The notes beneath the pieces are model-generated. The model was given only the letters and a program-made list of their open reading frames with translations, made no database searches and was not told the origin of the DNA. Positions 20,011-29,977 of a stretch of DNA of 32,000 bases are shown in pieces; the stretch's first letter is position 1; every line of letters begins with the position of its first letter. A program made the position numbers and the translations under genes. The DNA comes from Mycoplasmoides pneumoniae FH (lineage in GTDB: Bacteria > Bacillota_I > Bacilli_A > Mycoplasmatales > Mycoplasmoidaceae), in contig NZ_CP010546.1 of assembly GCF_001272835.1 (NCBI RefSeq), forward strand, positions 212,809 through 244,808, written 5' to 3'.

Positions 20011-21307
20011 TTTTTTTATTAATGGTTATGTACCACGAGATACCTTTATCCACCGGCTCCACCCGACAACGAAACTGTTAATCTTTTTGCTGTTCGTGAT
20101 CCTGGTGTTTGTACCCATTGGCTTTGTTTTTCAAAGTGTGATCTTTGTCTTTGCCACAGTTATTTTCTTTGTAGCCAAACTACCCGGACGGTTTTACCTC
20201 TCCTCGATTAAGTCAATCTCACTGTTATTCTTACTACTGTTATTTGTCAACTGGTTTACCTTCCGTGACCCCGGGTTCTACATTACCGCTGATCAGGTTA
20301 ATACAGTAAAACCACACTTTAACGGTAATAACTTTAACTTCTGAAACATCTCCCTGTTTAACTATCAGGACAATGTGTTTTCGCAAGTGTTTAACTTTAA
20401 CCGTGCCAACATGACAGAGTTAAACAAGATTAACTTCTTCTTTAAGGAAACAGCTAATGCTAATGCATACACCAAGGTAACGGGGATTGATAAATTGGCA
20501 GAAATGTTGGCTTCAAAGAATCTCTTTAAGTTCAACGGTTCTACCAATGGCATTGATAAAAACAAGATTCTTGGTGCCTTTCTAGATCATAAGATTGCCG
20601 TTTACCTCGGTCGTAGTTGGGGTGGTGACTTTAGTGGTTTTGTGATTGACGTAAGTGTAAGTGATAAAACATCTACCTTCACGATTAAACCCTTTTTAGC
20701 TAACTCGAACTATGTGTTGACACTGCGTGCCATTATTCTAGCCTTTTACGTTACCCAAAAGATCTTGATCATGATCATTTTGGCAACAGTGTTAACTTCC
20801 ACTTCAAGCTCGGTTGAGTTGGCATACGGAATTGAACGCTTGCTGTGACCGTTGAAGCTGTTACGGGTTCCAGTCAATGTGTTTGCGATGACAATTGCAA
20901 TTGCAATTCGCTTTGTCCCTTCTTTATTGTTGGAATCACAACGGATTTTAAATGCCCAAGCATCACGCGGTTTGGACTTTAAGAACGGCAATTTCTTTGT
21001 CAAAATGCGTTCATTGTCTTCCTTGGTTGTACCGATGATTTCGATTGCATTCCGCAATGCTGGGGAGTTGGCGAGTGCCATGGAAGCACGTGGTTATGAT
21101 CCAACTAAGAAACGTACTACCTACCGCAAGTTTAAGATTGATTGGGTTGATGCCACAGCTTTAATTCTCACCGCTCTTTACTTTGTGGTGATTATTTTCT
21201 TAACCGTTAAGGGTGCAGTGTTCCTAGATTTAGGGACACCTGAGTGGTTGCTAACCGGCAAGATTAAAGAGCAGGTAGAGCGCTCATTATCAGTTAAAAG
21301 TGCCTAG
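20003..21307 (+). CDS. ecfT: ECF transporter transmembrane component EcfT (CbiQ-like) carrying a large hydrophilic insertion.
   Basis: Three track ORFs (20003-20344, 20375-20848, 20852-21307) share one frame, joined by TGA 20342 and TGA 20846 with no TAA/TAG. 434 aa. The C-terminal part has the two Ala-Arg-Gly-type coupling motifs (AQASRGLDF and AMEARGYD). Confidence 0.85.
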
Positions 21308-22031
21308 GTACTTAGCGATTGTCGCTTACAATGGTGCTCCCTTTCGTGGTTGAGCCAAACAACCGGGTTACCACACCGTTCAGGGTCAAATAGAACAAAA
21401 CCTAGCCTTAATTTACCAAACACCAATTAATATTTATGGTTCGGGTCGGACTGATAAGGGAGTGCATGCCATTAACCAAACCTTTCACGTTGATCTACCT
21501 GATAAGTTACCACTCAAACAGTTAATTGCCAAACTAAACCAATTAAACTACCCTGACATTTTTGTAAAGGCCTTAGTTCCAGTAGCACCGCGATTTCACG
21601 CGCGGTTTGCAGTAAAAACTAAGGTTTATGAATACCTTATTAACACCCGAGCTTTTAACCCAGCACAGTACCACACCGTGTGACAGTACAACCACCCATT
21701 GGATTTAGCACAACTTGAAGCGGATACCACGCTCTTTTTAGGCAGGAAGGATTTTTGGAGTTTTAGCACCGCTAGCCAAAAGGACACGCAGCGCACAATT
21801 AGTAAAATTATCGTGCAACAAGATCACACTGGTACGGTTAAACTGACCTTTTTTGGCAACGGTTTTTTAAGAAACCAGATTCGAATGATGGTAGCTTCTC
21901 TAGTGGCCTTAAACAATCGAACCCTGATGCGAGAAACAGTTCAACAGCTGTTTGATCAACCACAAAAGGGTGGGTGTAAGGTTAAAGCCCCCGCTTGTGG
22001 TCTTTATTTAAAAACTGTCTTATATGAATAA
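21300..22031 (+). CDS. truA: tRNA pseudouridine(38-40) synthase TruA.
   Basis: The frame opens after TAG 21276-21278, and the first start is GTG 21300. This gives [18 protein letters not shown](TGA)AKQPG...[11 protein letters not shown] (catalytic Asp motif). It is in frame with track ORFs 21462-21683 and 21699-22031 through TGA 21681. About 243 aa. Confidence 0.85.
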
Positions 22032-23859
22032 CCAATACAACTGAAACCTCGAAGTTTTACTAAATGGTAAGAGTTTAGCTGATAACTTTACCGAACTCAA
22101 ACAACTCAGTGAGCAGGAAAAAGCACTTTACGATGGTGGTGCTTGCTTTCAAACCAAAGCTAAGTTCACCGAATTTTTACAACTACAAGAAAAGATTGAG
22201 GTCTTAGAAAACCGTTACAGCAATTTTTTGAGTAACAAGCACGCTGAAAACAGTTTGGACAAAACGATTAACGACGCTTTATTTCAGTACGAAATGTTTA
22301 AAAGTGAACATGCCTTGGTGTTTGTTGACTTTGAAAAGAACCTGTTTAAGCACGAAAAGGTGATTCGCGCATACCTCCAAGACCCTGCTTTAAAACAATA
22401 CCAAAGGGATTTTGAACTAGTATGACGGAACAAGAAACACCAAATTGATCCCGCTAGTCAAAAGTTGTTAGCGCAAATTAGTCCGGCATTAAACCAAGCG
22501 GACAAGATCTTTAATGTGTTATCTACCGCTGACCTAAACCTCCAACCAGTCGTATACAAGGGTAAAACTTACGTTATTAACGCGGTTAGTGATTATCAAA
22601 GTCTCTTGGAAAATAAGGATCGTGGCCTGCGTGAAGCTGCTTACAAAGTGTGGTTGGAAATTTACTGACCCACACGCAATACCTTGAGTGTGAGTTTAGT
22701 GGAAAACTACATCCAATTAGAAACCTTTGCTAAGTTAAAGAAACACCCCAATTACATTGCCAAAACAGCTTTTGATGATGAAATTGATGTGGCTTTCATT
22801 GACTTTGTTTATGAGCAAGTGGCTAGCTTTGCCCCGACCTTTAAAGCCTTTCAAAGTTTAAGGAAGCAAATTTACAAGCACGTTTTAAAACTAGACAAAG
22901 CCCAACCTTGGGACTTGTCGGTACCGTTGTTTAAGGCTAGTGGTGACTACACCATTGAACAAGCCCAAACTGATGCGCTTAAGATATTAGCACCTATGGG
23001 TAGTGAATACCTGGAAGTGGTAAAGGAAGCCTTTCGGGAGCGCTGAATTTCCTGGTTACCCGATAAGAACAAGTATACCGGGGCTTACTCAATTTCCAAC
23101 GTTAAGGGTTTAGATCATTACTTCATTTTGATGAATTTTGATAAAACCCGCGCTTCATTAAATACCCTAGTCCATGAATTGGGTCACAGTGTCCATTCTT
23201 GGTATGCATCTAAGTACCAAACGCAAAACTTGGATCCTACAATTTTCTATGCTGAAATTGCTTCCATTTGTAACGAATTACTGTTGTGTTACCACGATAT
23301 TATTAACTATGAAAACCGCAATCCGCAGCAGTTAATCCGTAGTTTAATGGAACAAATTAGCCACTTCTTTGGCGCTACCACGAGACAGTTAATGTTCTCT
23401 CAGTTTGAACAAGACACCTTAAAGTTAATTCAGCAAAACCAAAAGCCTGACTTTAAGACCCTAGTGGAAATTTATGGTAAGACCGCCATTAAGTACCAAG
23501 CTGCTAATGCTGACGCTATTACGAAAAAGCTCAAGCAAACCAAGTACCAAAAGTCATTGGCTTACATTACCTCCATTCCGCATTTTTACGCTGGTAACTT
23601 CTATGTTTACAAGTACGCCATTGGTCAAGTTGTGGGTACCTTAGTTGGTAAAAAACTGAGTGCTGGTGACAGTAATATGCTCGCTGCTTACAAGCGCTTC
23701 TTGTCTTCAGGCTCCACCTTACCACCACTAGAAACAATTAAATTGTTAGGGATTGACCTTACCCAACCAGAACCGTGACAAGAAGCCCATGCGGAGTTAA
23801 AGCGCTGGATTAAACTAGTACAAACAGCCTTTAAACAGCTGCAACACAAAAAGCGCTAG
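22024..23859 (+). CDS. pepF: Oligoendopeptidase F (M3B zinc metallopeptidase).
   Basis: ATG 22024 is the first start after TAA 22009-22011. Four track ORFs (22228, 22465, 22684, 23128) share this frame, and five in-frame TGA codons lie at 22042, 22423, 22666, 23044 and 23776. HExxH motif in VHELGHSVH. The gene ends at TAG 23857-23859. 611 aa. Confidence 0.9.
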
Positions 23860-24818
23860 TGCATTACTTTAACCGCGCCAAAAAGGCAAAGAACAATGAA
23901 TTTTATACCTTGTTTGAAGACATTGCCGCTGAAGTGGCATGTTATCCCAATGCCTTTAAGGGTAAGGTAGTGTTGTGTAATTGTAATGATGGTTACCAAT
24001 CGAACTTCTGGCAGTTTTTTCAAAGTCAGTTTCATGCTTTAGGACTCAAAAAACTAGTTGCGATTGCTTTTAATCCACTTGGCAACAGTTATCAACTCAA
24101 CTTCGATGGAAAGGAAATAAAGGAACTACCTTTAGCTGGTAATGGCAGCTTTGACAGTGCGGAAGCCATTGTTCTTTTAAAGCAAAGTGACATTGTGGTA
24201 ACTAATCCACCGTTTAGCTTGTTTCAGGACTTTGTTTGTCTTTTAGCAGAGCATGGCAAACAGTTTTTGGTTTTAGGTCACAATGGTGCTGTCGGTTATA
24301 ATCAGATCTTTAAGCTGTTTAAGGAAGAACAGTTGTGATATGGTCATACTGTTAACAGTTCGATGTTGTTCCAAGTGCAGTCTAACTTTAAACTGTATGA
24401 CCCCAAAAGCGTTAACTTTGTTAAAAAGTATGGTCAACTGTTTCAAAAAGTACCGGGAATTTCCTGGTTTACAAACCTCAAGAAAAACCAACAACCAGCT
24501 TGACTAAAAACAAAATCACGCTATCAGGGCAACGAACACAAATACCCCAAGTTTGACTGGTATGATGCCATTTTTGTCAGTAAGGTTAAAGAAATTCCCC
24601 TAGACTGATTTGGTTACATGGGGGTGCCATTAACCTTTCTCAATTGCTTTAATCCCAAACAGTTTGAGCTAATTGATTGTCTAGCCAATCCCTACGCTAC
24701 CCTAGACACATTAAAAACTAATGCTTATGTGAGATCACACCACGGTGATGTGAGGAATGTGAAGGGTAAGCGAAGGTATGTTAGGGTAGTGATTAAACAA
24801 CGTCAAAATGTGATTTAA
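23859..24818 (+). CDS. N6-adenine DNA methyltransferase, EcoRI-methylase-like family (orphan).
   Basis: GTG 23859 shares its G with the pepF TAG, and the frame opens after TAA 23832-23834. It is in frame with track ORF 24618-24818 through three TGA codons. 319 aa. It has the motif IV sequence VVTNPPFSLF and the N-terminal AKKAKNNEFYT typical of this family as I recall it. Confidence 0.8.
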
Positions 24819-24860
24819 TGCCTTAAGTTAAGTAATTTTTGCAAAAAATTTCCTTTAATT

Positions 24861-24869
24861 TGCTAAATT
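24861..24869 (+). promoter_or_regulatory. Candidate extended -10 (TGcTAAATT) upstream of the first large lipoprotein gene.
   Basis: TGCTAAATT at 24861-24869, 43 nt upstream of ATG 24912. A second -10-like TAAGGAT lies at 24874-24880. The paralogous upstream region of the next gene has TAAGAT at 27444-27449. Confidence 0.35.
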
Positions 24870-24911
24870 ATTTTAAGGATAGCACACTGCTGTCAAACCA
24901 AATGAGAACGA

Positions 24912-27347
24912 ATGAAATTCAAAATATTTTTGGGCAGCAGCTTTTTTGGTGTTGCCACCTTACTTAGTGCTTGTGGTACTGGTCGCTTTGATCAAATCGA
25001 TGATGGCAAAATTAAGCTTGCTGTTGTCACATCCCCTAGTGCCGCTAGTTCACTGCAAACCTTATTAGATCAATACAACAACACTAAAGCACCAGCTGAT
25101 TATCCAGTGGAAGTAGTTTCACTAGACAGTACTGGGAGCTATACTAAAGGGAAATTTGATACCCAAAAACGGTTAGCTGCTAAAGATAAAAATAACTTTT
25201 ATAACCTAACCTTTAACTACCCCGACTTAGTTTCATCTTTAGCAATTAACGGAATGGAACTCAACCTTGATGGGGTTAATGTTTCTAACTTCGAACAGTC
25301 TTTCTTAGACTTCAACAAGAACATTAGTGGCGTACGCAAACCCGGCATTTACGCCTTACCAGCTACCATGAGTGGTGAAGTTTTGGTTTTAAATGGGCCA
25401 GTTCTCCACTACATCTTGAACAGTGCCAAGAAGAAGGATGGTACCGAATCAAAAATTAAAACTGCTCAATTAAAAACAGCTTCAACTCAGGCAGAAGTTA
25501 AGGGTACTATGACCATGGCTAGTGATGAACAAACCACAAAGCTTTGGACTAATATTCAAAACGCCGCTAAGGAAAATGCCGATAACGGTACAACTGAGAA
25601 AGCGGAAAAAACAGTTTCCGCTAGTTCGTTGCAATTAAAAAATACGAATAAAACCACCGAAGGTACCCTAAAAATTGGTACTGATGACAACACTAAAAAT
25701 CTTTGAAAAAAGATTGAAGATGCCGCAAAAACTAACGGGGAAAAAGGTAATGAGAAGCAAGAAGCTACTCAAAGCAATGCTAGCGCTAGTCTCGTTAAGT
25801 TGGATCAAAAAAATACTAGTCAGGATAAAACTCAAAACACCCAGACTAGTGATGATGAAATTAAAAAATCTTGAGGCGAATATAAGGAAGTAGAAGGCGG
25901 TCTTAAGGGTTATGAATTTAAGGCTGATGTCTTTGAGAGTTGGGAAAAGTTAAACGATTTTGCAGTACGGGTAGCAAAGTCGTTTAGCAAGGTTTCTGAA
26001 GAGAAGAAAAGTGGTAGTGACATCCAGGGTGTTTTTGGCATTGGTAGTTTAGAAAATGCGCTTTACACTGCATCATTTGCAGCCGGTGGTGGCGACTATA
26101 ACAACTTCTTGTTTAACATTAAAAAAGGTCGCGCTGATTTTAGTAACTTCTTTAACCACAATTCAAAAACTTTCCAAAGTCTAAGAGATATTTTCAACAG
26201 CTTTAAGCCTTTAATTGACCAAAAGGGTTTAATTAATAACAAACACTTTGATACTCCAGTGAATAATTACGCTAAATTTCACCAATTGGCATTCTATGTA
26301 TCATCGACAGCTCGCTTTCCTTACTCGTTTGCCAAAGATAATGTAAAACGCTTAATTATTGGTAAACGCGAATTGGAAGTAAACCCTAAATCAATGTTTG
26401 CCATTAAGAAGGAAAACGGCAATAACGGTAACAGCAACCTCTTAGGTAAAGTTGCACTAGATAACAATAAATCTATTGAACTTTACGAAAATAATATTCC
26501 TAACGGTAAAACTGATGCCATCTTAATTAAGAACCAAACTTTAATTAGTGCGTTGAAGAATCCAAAACAGACAAAGAGCTCTCAAAGATCTTCTCAGTCT
26601 ACAAACACCCAAAATGATGCCATTTGTTACTTAGCCTTCAACAGCAAGATTAGACCAGACGATAAAGACATTTTCCTATTAGACAAATTTGGTGAAAAAT
26701 TTGTCACCGCAATTGTTAACTTTGAAGAAAAAACGGAGGTCAAAATTAATACGCTCCAAGAAAAGGAAGCTGTTGTTTTACCAGCACCACAAAAGTTTAA
26801 ACCTACTGATCCAAAATCAGTGGCACTTGTTCAAGGTCCAAGTTTAATCGGTATTCACGCTAACGCTAACGAAGACCGTTCAACCATTAAGTTTCTCAAC
26901 TGGTACCTTAATGCTGAAGTTGATTGAAAAGATGGAGAAAAGAAAACACCAGCAGAATACTTAGCAGAAAAAGCTTCTTACCTATTGCCGTTTAAAAAAG
27001 TATTAGAAAAATCCAAGCAAAACATAAAAGCGACCTCTAAGGAAGGAGAGCAAAATCAAGGCAAGAAAGGTGATGGTGCACAGAACCAAGGTAAGAAGGG
27101 CGATGGAGCTCAAAATGGTAAGAATGATAAAGCAAAGCACAATGGTTTTGTCGATATTGCCGTCAGCCAATTTTTAAACGGTTCTGTCGCTAAGTTTGTG
27201 GAACCAGCTGACTTTTTAGGTATTCGCTTACGTGATGCCGTTAAGAGTACCTTTAACGCTGCCATTAACAACACCTCAATTAACTTTGACAAGTTCATTC
27301 AGTACATTAACGATTCTTTAGGTAGCGACTTTAAGCAAAGACAGTAG
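24912..27347 (+). CDS. Large surface lipoprotein, paralog A, about 811 aa (MG185/MG260-type family, from memory).
   Basis: Track ORFs 24912-25706, 26109-26927 and 26985-27347 share a frame. I read the intervening codons by hand and found only TGA (25704, 25872, 26925). Signal peptide plus lipobox: [21 protein letters not shown]. Confidence 0.85.
27051..27125 (+). repeat. Tandem 30-nt repeat (2.5 units) encoding [10 protein letters not shown] inside lipoprotein A.
   Basis: 27051-27080 caaaatcaaggcaagaaaggtgatggtgca and 27081-27110 cagaaccaaggtaagaagggcgatggagct, followed by a partial third unit. The differences are all synonymous third-position changes. Confidence 0.8.
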
Positions 27348-27476
27348 TTTAAACTGATTCTTTACCTCTAAATAAAAATACTAAAGCCCATTAAAGCCGA
27401 ACCACTAATTTTGCCCTAGCTTGTAAAGCAGTTAAATATTTTTTAAGATATCTTCACCTCTTTTTTGCGTTTAGTG

Positions 27477-29873
27477 ATGAAATTTAAGTATGGTGCCATT
27501 GTTTTCAGTGGTCTTTTAGGAGTCTCTGCCATTTTAGCTGCTTGTGGTACACGCGGTAAATTTGACCAAATTGATGATGGCAAAATTAAGCTAGCATCTT
27601 CGTTAACTTCCAAAGGTGCCGCTAATGCTTTACAAGCAATTGTGAAGAAGTATAACGAGGTTAAAAAGCCTGGTGATTACCCAATTGAAATAACCCAAAT
27701 TGCGGGTGGTTACGACCAAGCACGCGTTGACTTACAATCACGGGTTGGTGTTAAGGATAAAACCAATTTTTACAACCTCATTTTGAACTATCCCGATGTA
27801 GTTTCAGTGCTAGCACGTAACCAAATGGAACTGCCATTTGATGGTGTTGATGTTTCTAAAATTTCACCTAACTTTTTAAATTTTAACGAACGTATTAGCG
27901 GAGTTTCTAAAAAGGCTAACTATGCCATTCCGGTCTCTGTTTCGACTGATATTTTAGTGCTCAATGGACCAGTTTTGCACTACATTTTAAACAGTGCTAA
28001 AGGTGAAAGTAAGGGCGCACAAAAAGATAACAAGAGTGCTGAAGTTCAAAGAAAAAGTACAGGTCAAAAGACCGTTACCCAACCTTTAACTATTGCAACT
28101 GATTCTGCTACAAACGGTCTTTGGAAAAAGATTGAAGATGCTGCAAAAGTCAACGGTAAAAAGAAAGAAGAGAAAAAGAGTACACGCAGTAAAAGAGCCA
28201 CAGAAGGCACACAAACCACCAAAGAAAATACGGGTGGTGATGCTGCAACAAGTGATACCAAAATTAAAGAATCTTGAGGTGCTTACCAAGAAGTAGAAGG
28301 CGGCTTAAAGGGTTATCAATTTAAAGCCATTGTTTTTGAAAACTGACACGATCTAATTGATTTTTCTACCAGAGTAGCTAAATCATTTAGCAAGGTCAAA
28401 GATAACAGCAACAAGAAAGGCAATGAAATTCAAGGTGTGTTAGGTGTTGATAATTCACCTAATGCTTTACTATCTTCGGTGTTTGCTGCTGGTAACAGTG
28501 ACTATAACAACTTCTTTTATAAGGTGCAAAATGGTCGGGCTGACTTTAGCAACTTTAACAATAAAGGCAGTTCTTATCAAAACCTTAAAAATGTCTTTAA
28601 CGACTATAAGAACCTAATTGCACAAAATGGTCTTTATGTAAATAAAGGCGGCTCTTACTCTTCAAACTTCCAAAAGTTTCACCAGTTAGCTTACAGCATT
28701 TCCTCTACTTCTGGTTTTGCTTATTCGTTTGCTGGACAAAATTCCAAACGTTTTAAATTTACTGATGATGGTACTTTTGTTGAGTATCCTAGTTATACAA
28801 CTGAAGTTAATGCACCAGAAAGTAATAATGGCAATGATGGAAAGCAACAAGGTCAAAGTGATCAAGGAAACCTTTTAGGAACTTTTGAAGTTGTAGATAA
28901 AAGTACTAGTGATATAAAGGTGAAACCTAAAACTCAAGCGGAATCAAAGAAAAGTAGTGATAGTAAACAAACTGCAAACACAGGCAAAGGCAGTAATTCA
29001 AAACAACAAACTCCGAAGAAAACTATTTCGCTTTATAAAACCAAAATTCCTCAAGATAAAACAGAAAACGTTGACGCTTTTTTAGTTACTGATTCAGAAT
29101 TAATTAGCAAACTTGAAAAAGCTAAAAATAAAAAGGAAGAAACTAAAGCTTCAGGTAAATCTGCATCTGCACGTGTGGCAGTTCAAGCAACTCAAAAGAA
29201 ACAGTCTAACGAAAAGCAGATAGTTGGTTACACTACTACATCCGCATTAAGCGAAGACGGCAAACACATTTTTAAATTGGGTAAACTCAACAGCGAGAAC
29301 TATGAGCGCAAAATCATTGTTGGTGCTACTGTAGAAACACTAGAACAATCCACTACCTTGCAAAGTGAAGAAGCAATTGTTTTAGCAGCACCTGGTAAGT
29401 ACAAGGATAGTGATCAAAAGAGAGTTATGATCACCCAAGGTCCTAACCTAATAGGGGTTCATGCTAATACTAAAGAAAATGAAGAGACTAAGAAATTTGT
29501 TAACTGGTTTTTAAATAAAACCGAAAGTTGAGAAGTTAAAGGAAACGGAAAGGATTCACAAACTACTAAATCACTTACACCAGCGCAATATTTTGCTGAA
29601 TCAGCATCTTATATTTTGCCGCTAAAGGAAACTGTTGAAAAAGATCATAAAGAACAAACTAATAAAAACACCTATGTTGCCAAAGCTTTAGAAATGCTCA
29701 AGGAAGTTAGTGAAAACAAATCAGTCAGCTATAGTGATCCGAGTGATTTTAGAAGTGGTAGATTCCGTGATGCACTTGGTGCTAACTTTAATGCCACTAT
29801 TAATTCAAAAGCAAATTTTGAAAAGTTTTTCCAAGGTTTTAAAGCTGCATTAGGCTCTGATTTTGATAAATAG
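27477..29873 (+). CDS. Large surface lipoprotein, paralog B, about 798 aa.
   Basis: Track ORFs 27465-28277, 28437-29531 and 29616-29873 share a frame, joined only by TGA codons. I prefer ATG 27477, giving [23 protein letters not shown] (signal peptide plus lipobox). It is collinear with the upstream gene ([17 protein letters not shown]..., [39 protein letters not shown]). Confidence 0.85.
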
Positions 29874-29977
29874 AATAGAAGTTTTTAGTTGCTTTTTAGA
29901 TAAAAATTTCAAATATTTCTCCTTTATAAAACAATCTTTCAAAAAGCTTTTTAGAAAGAAATTAAACTGTTACTGTC

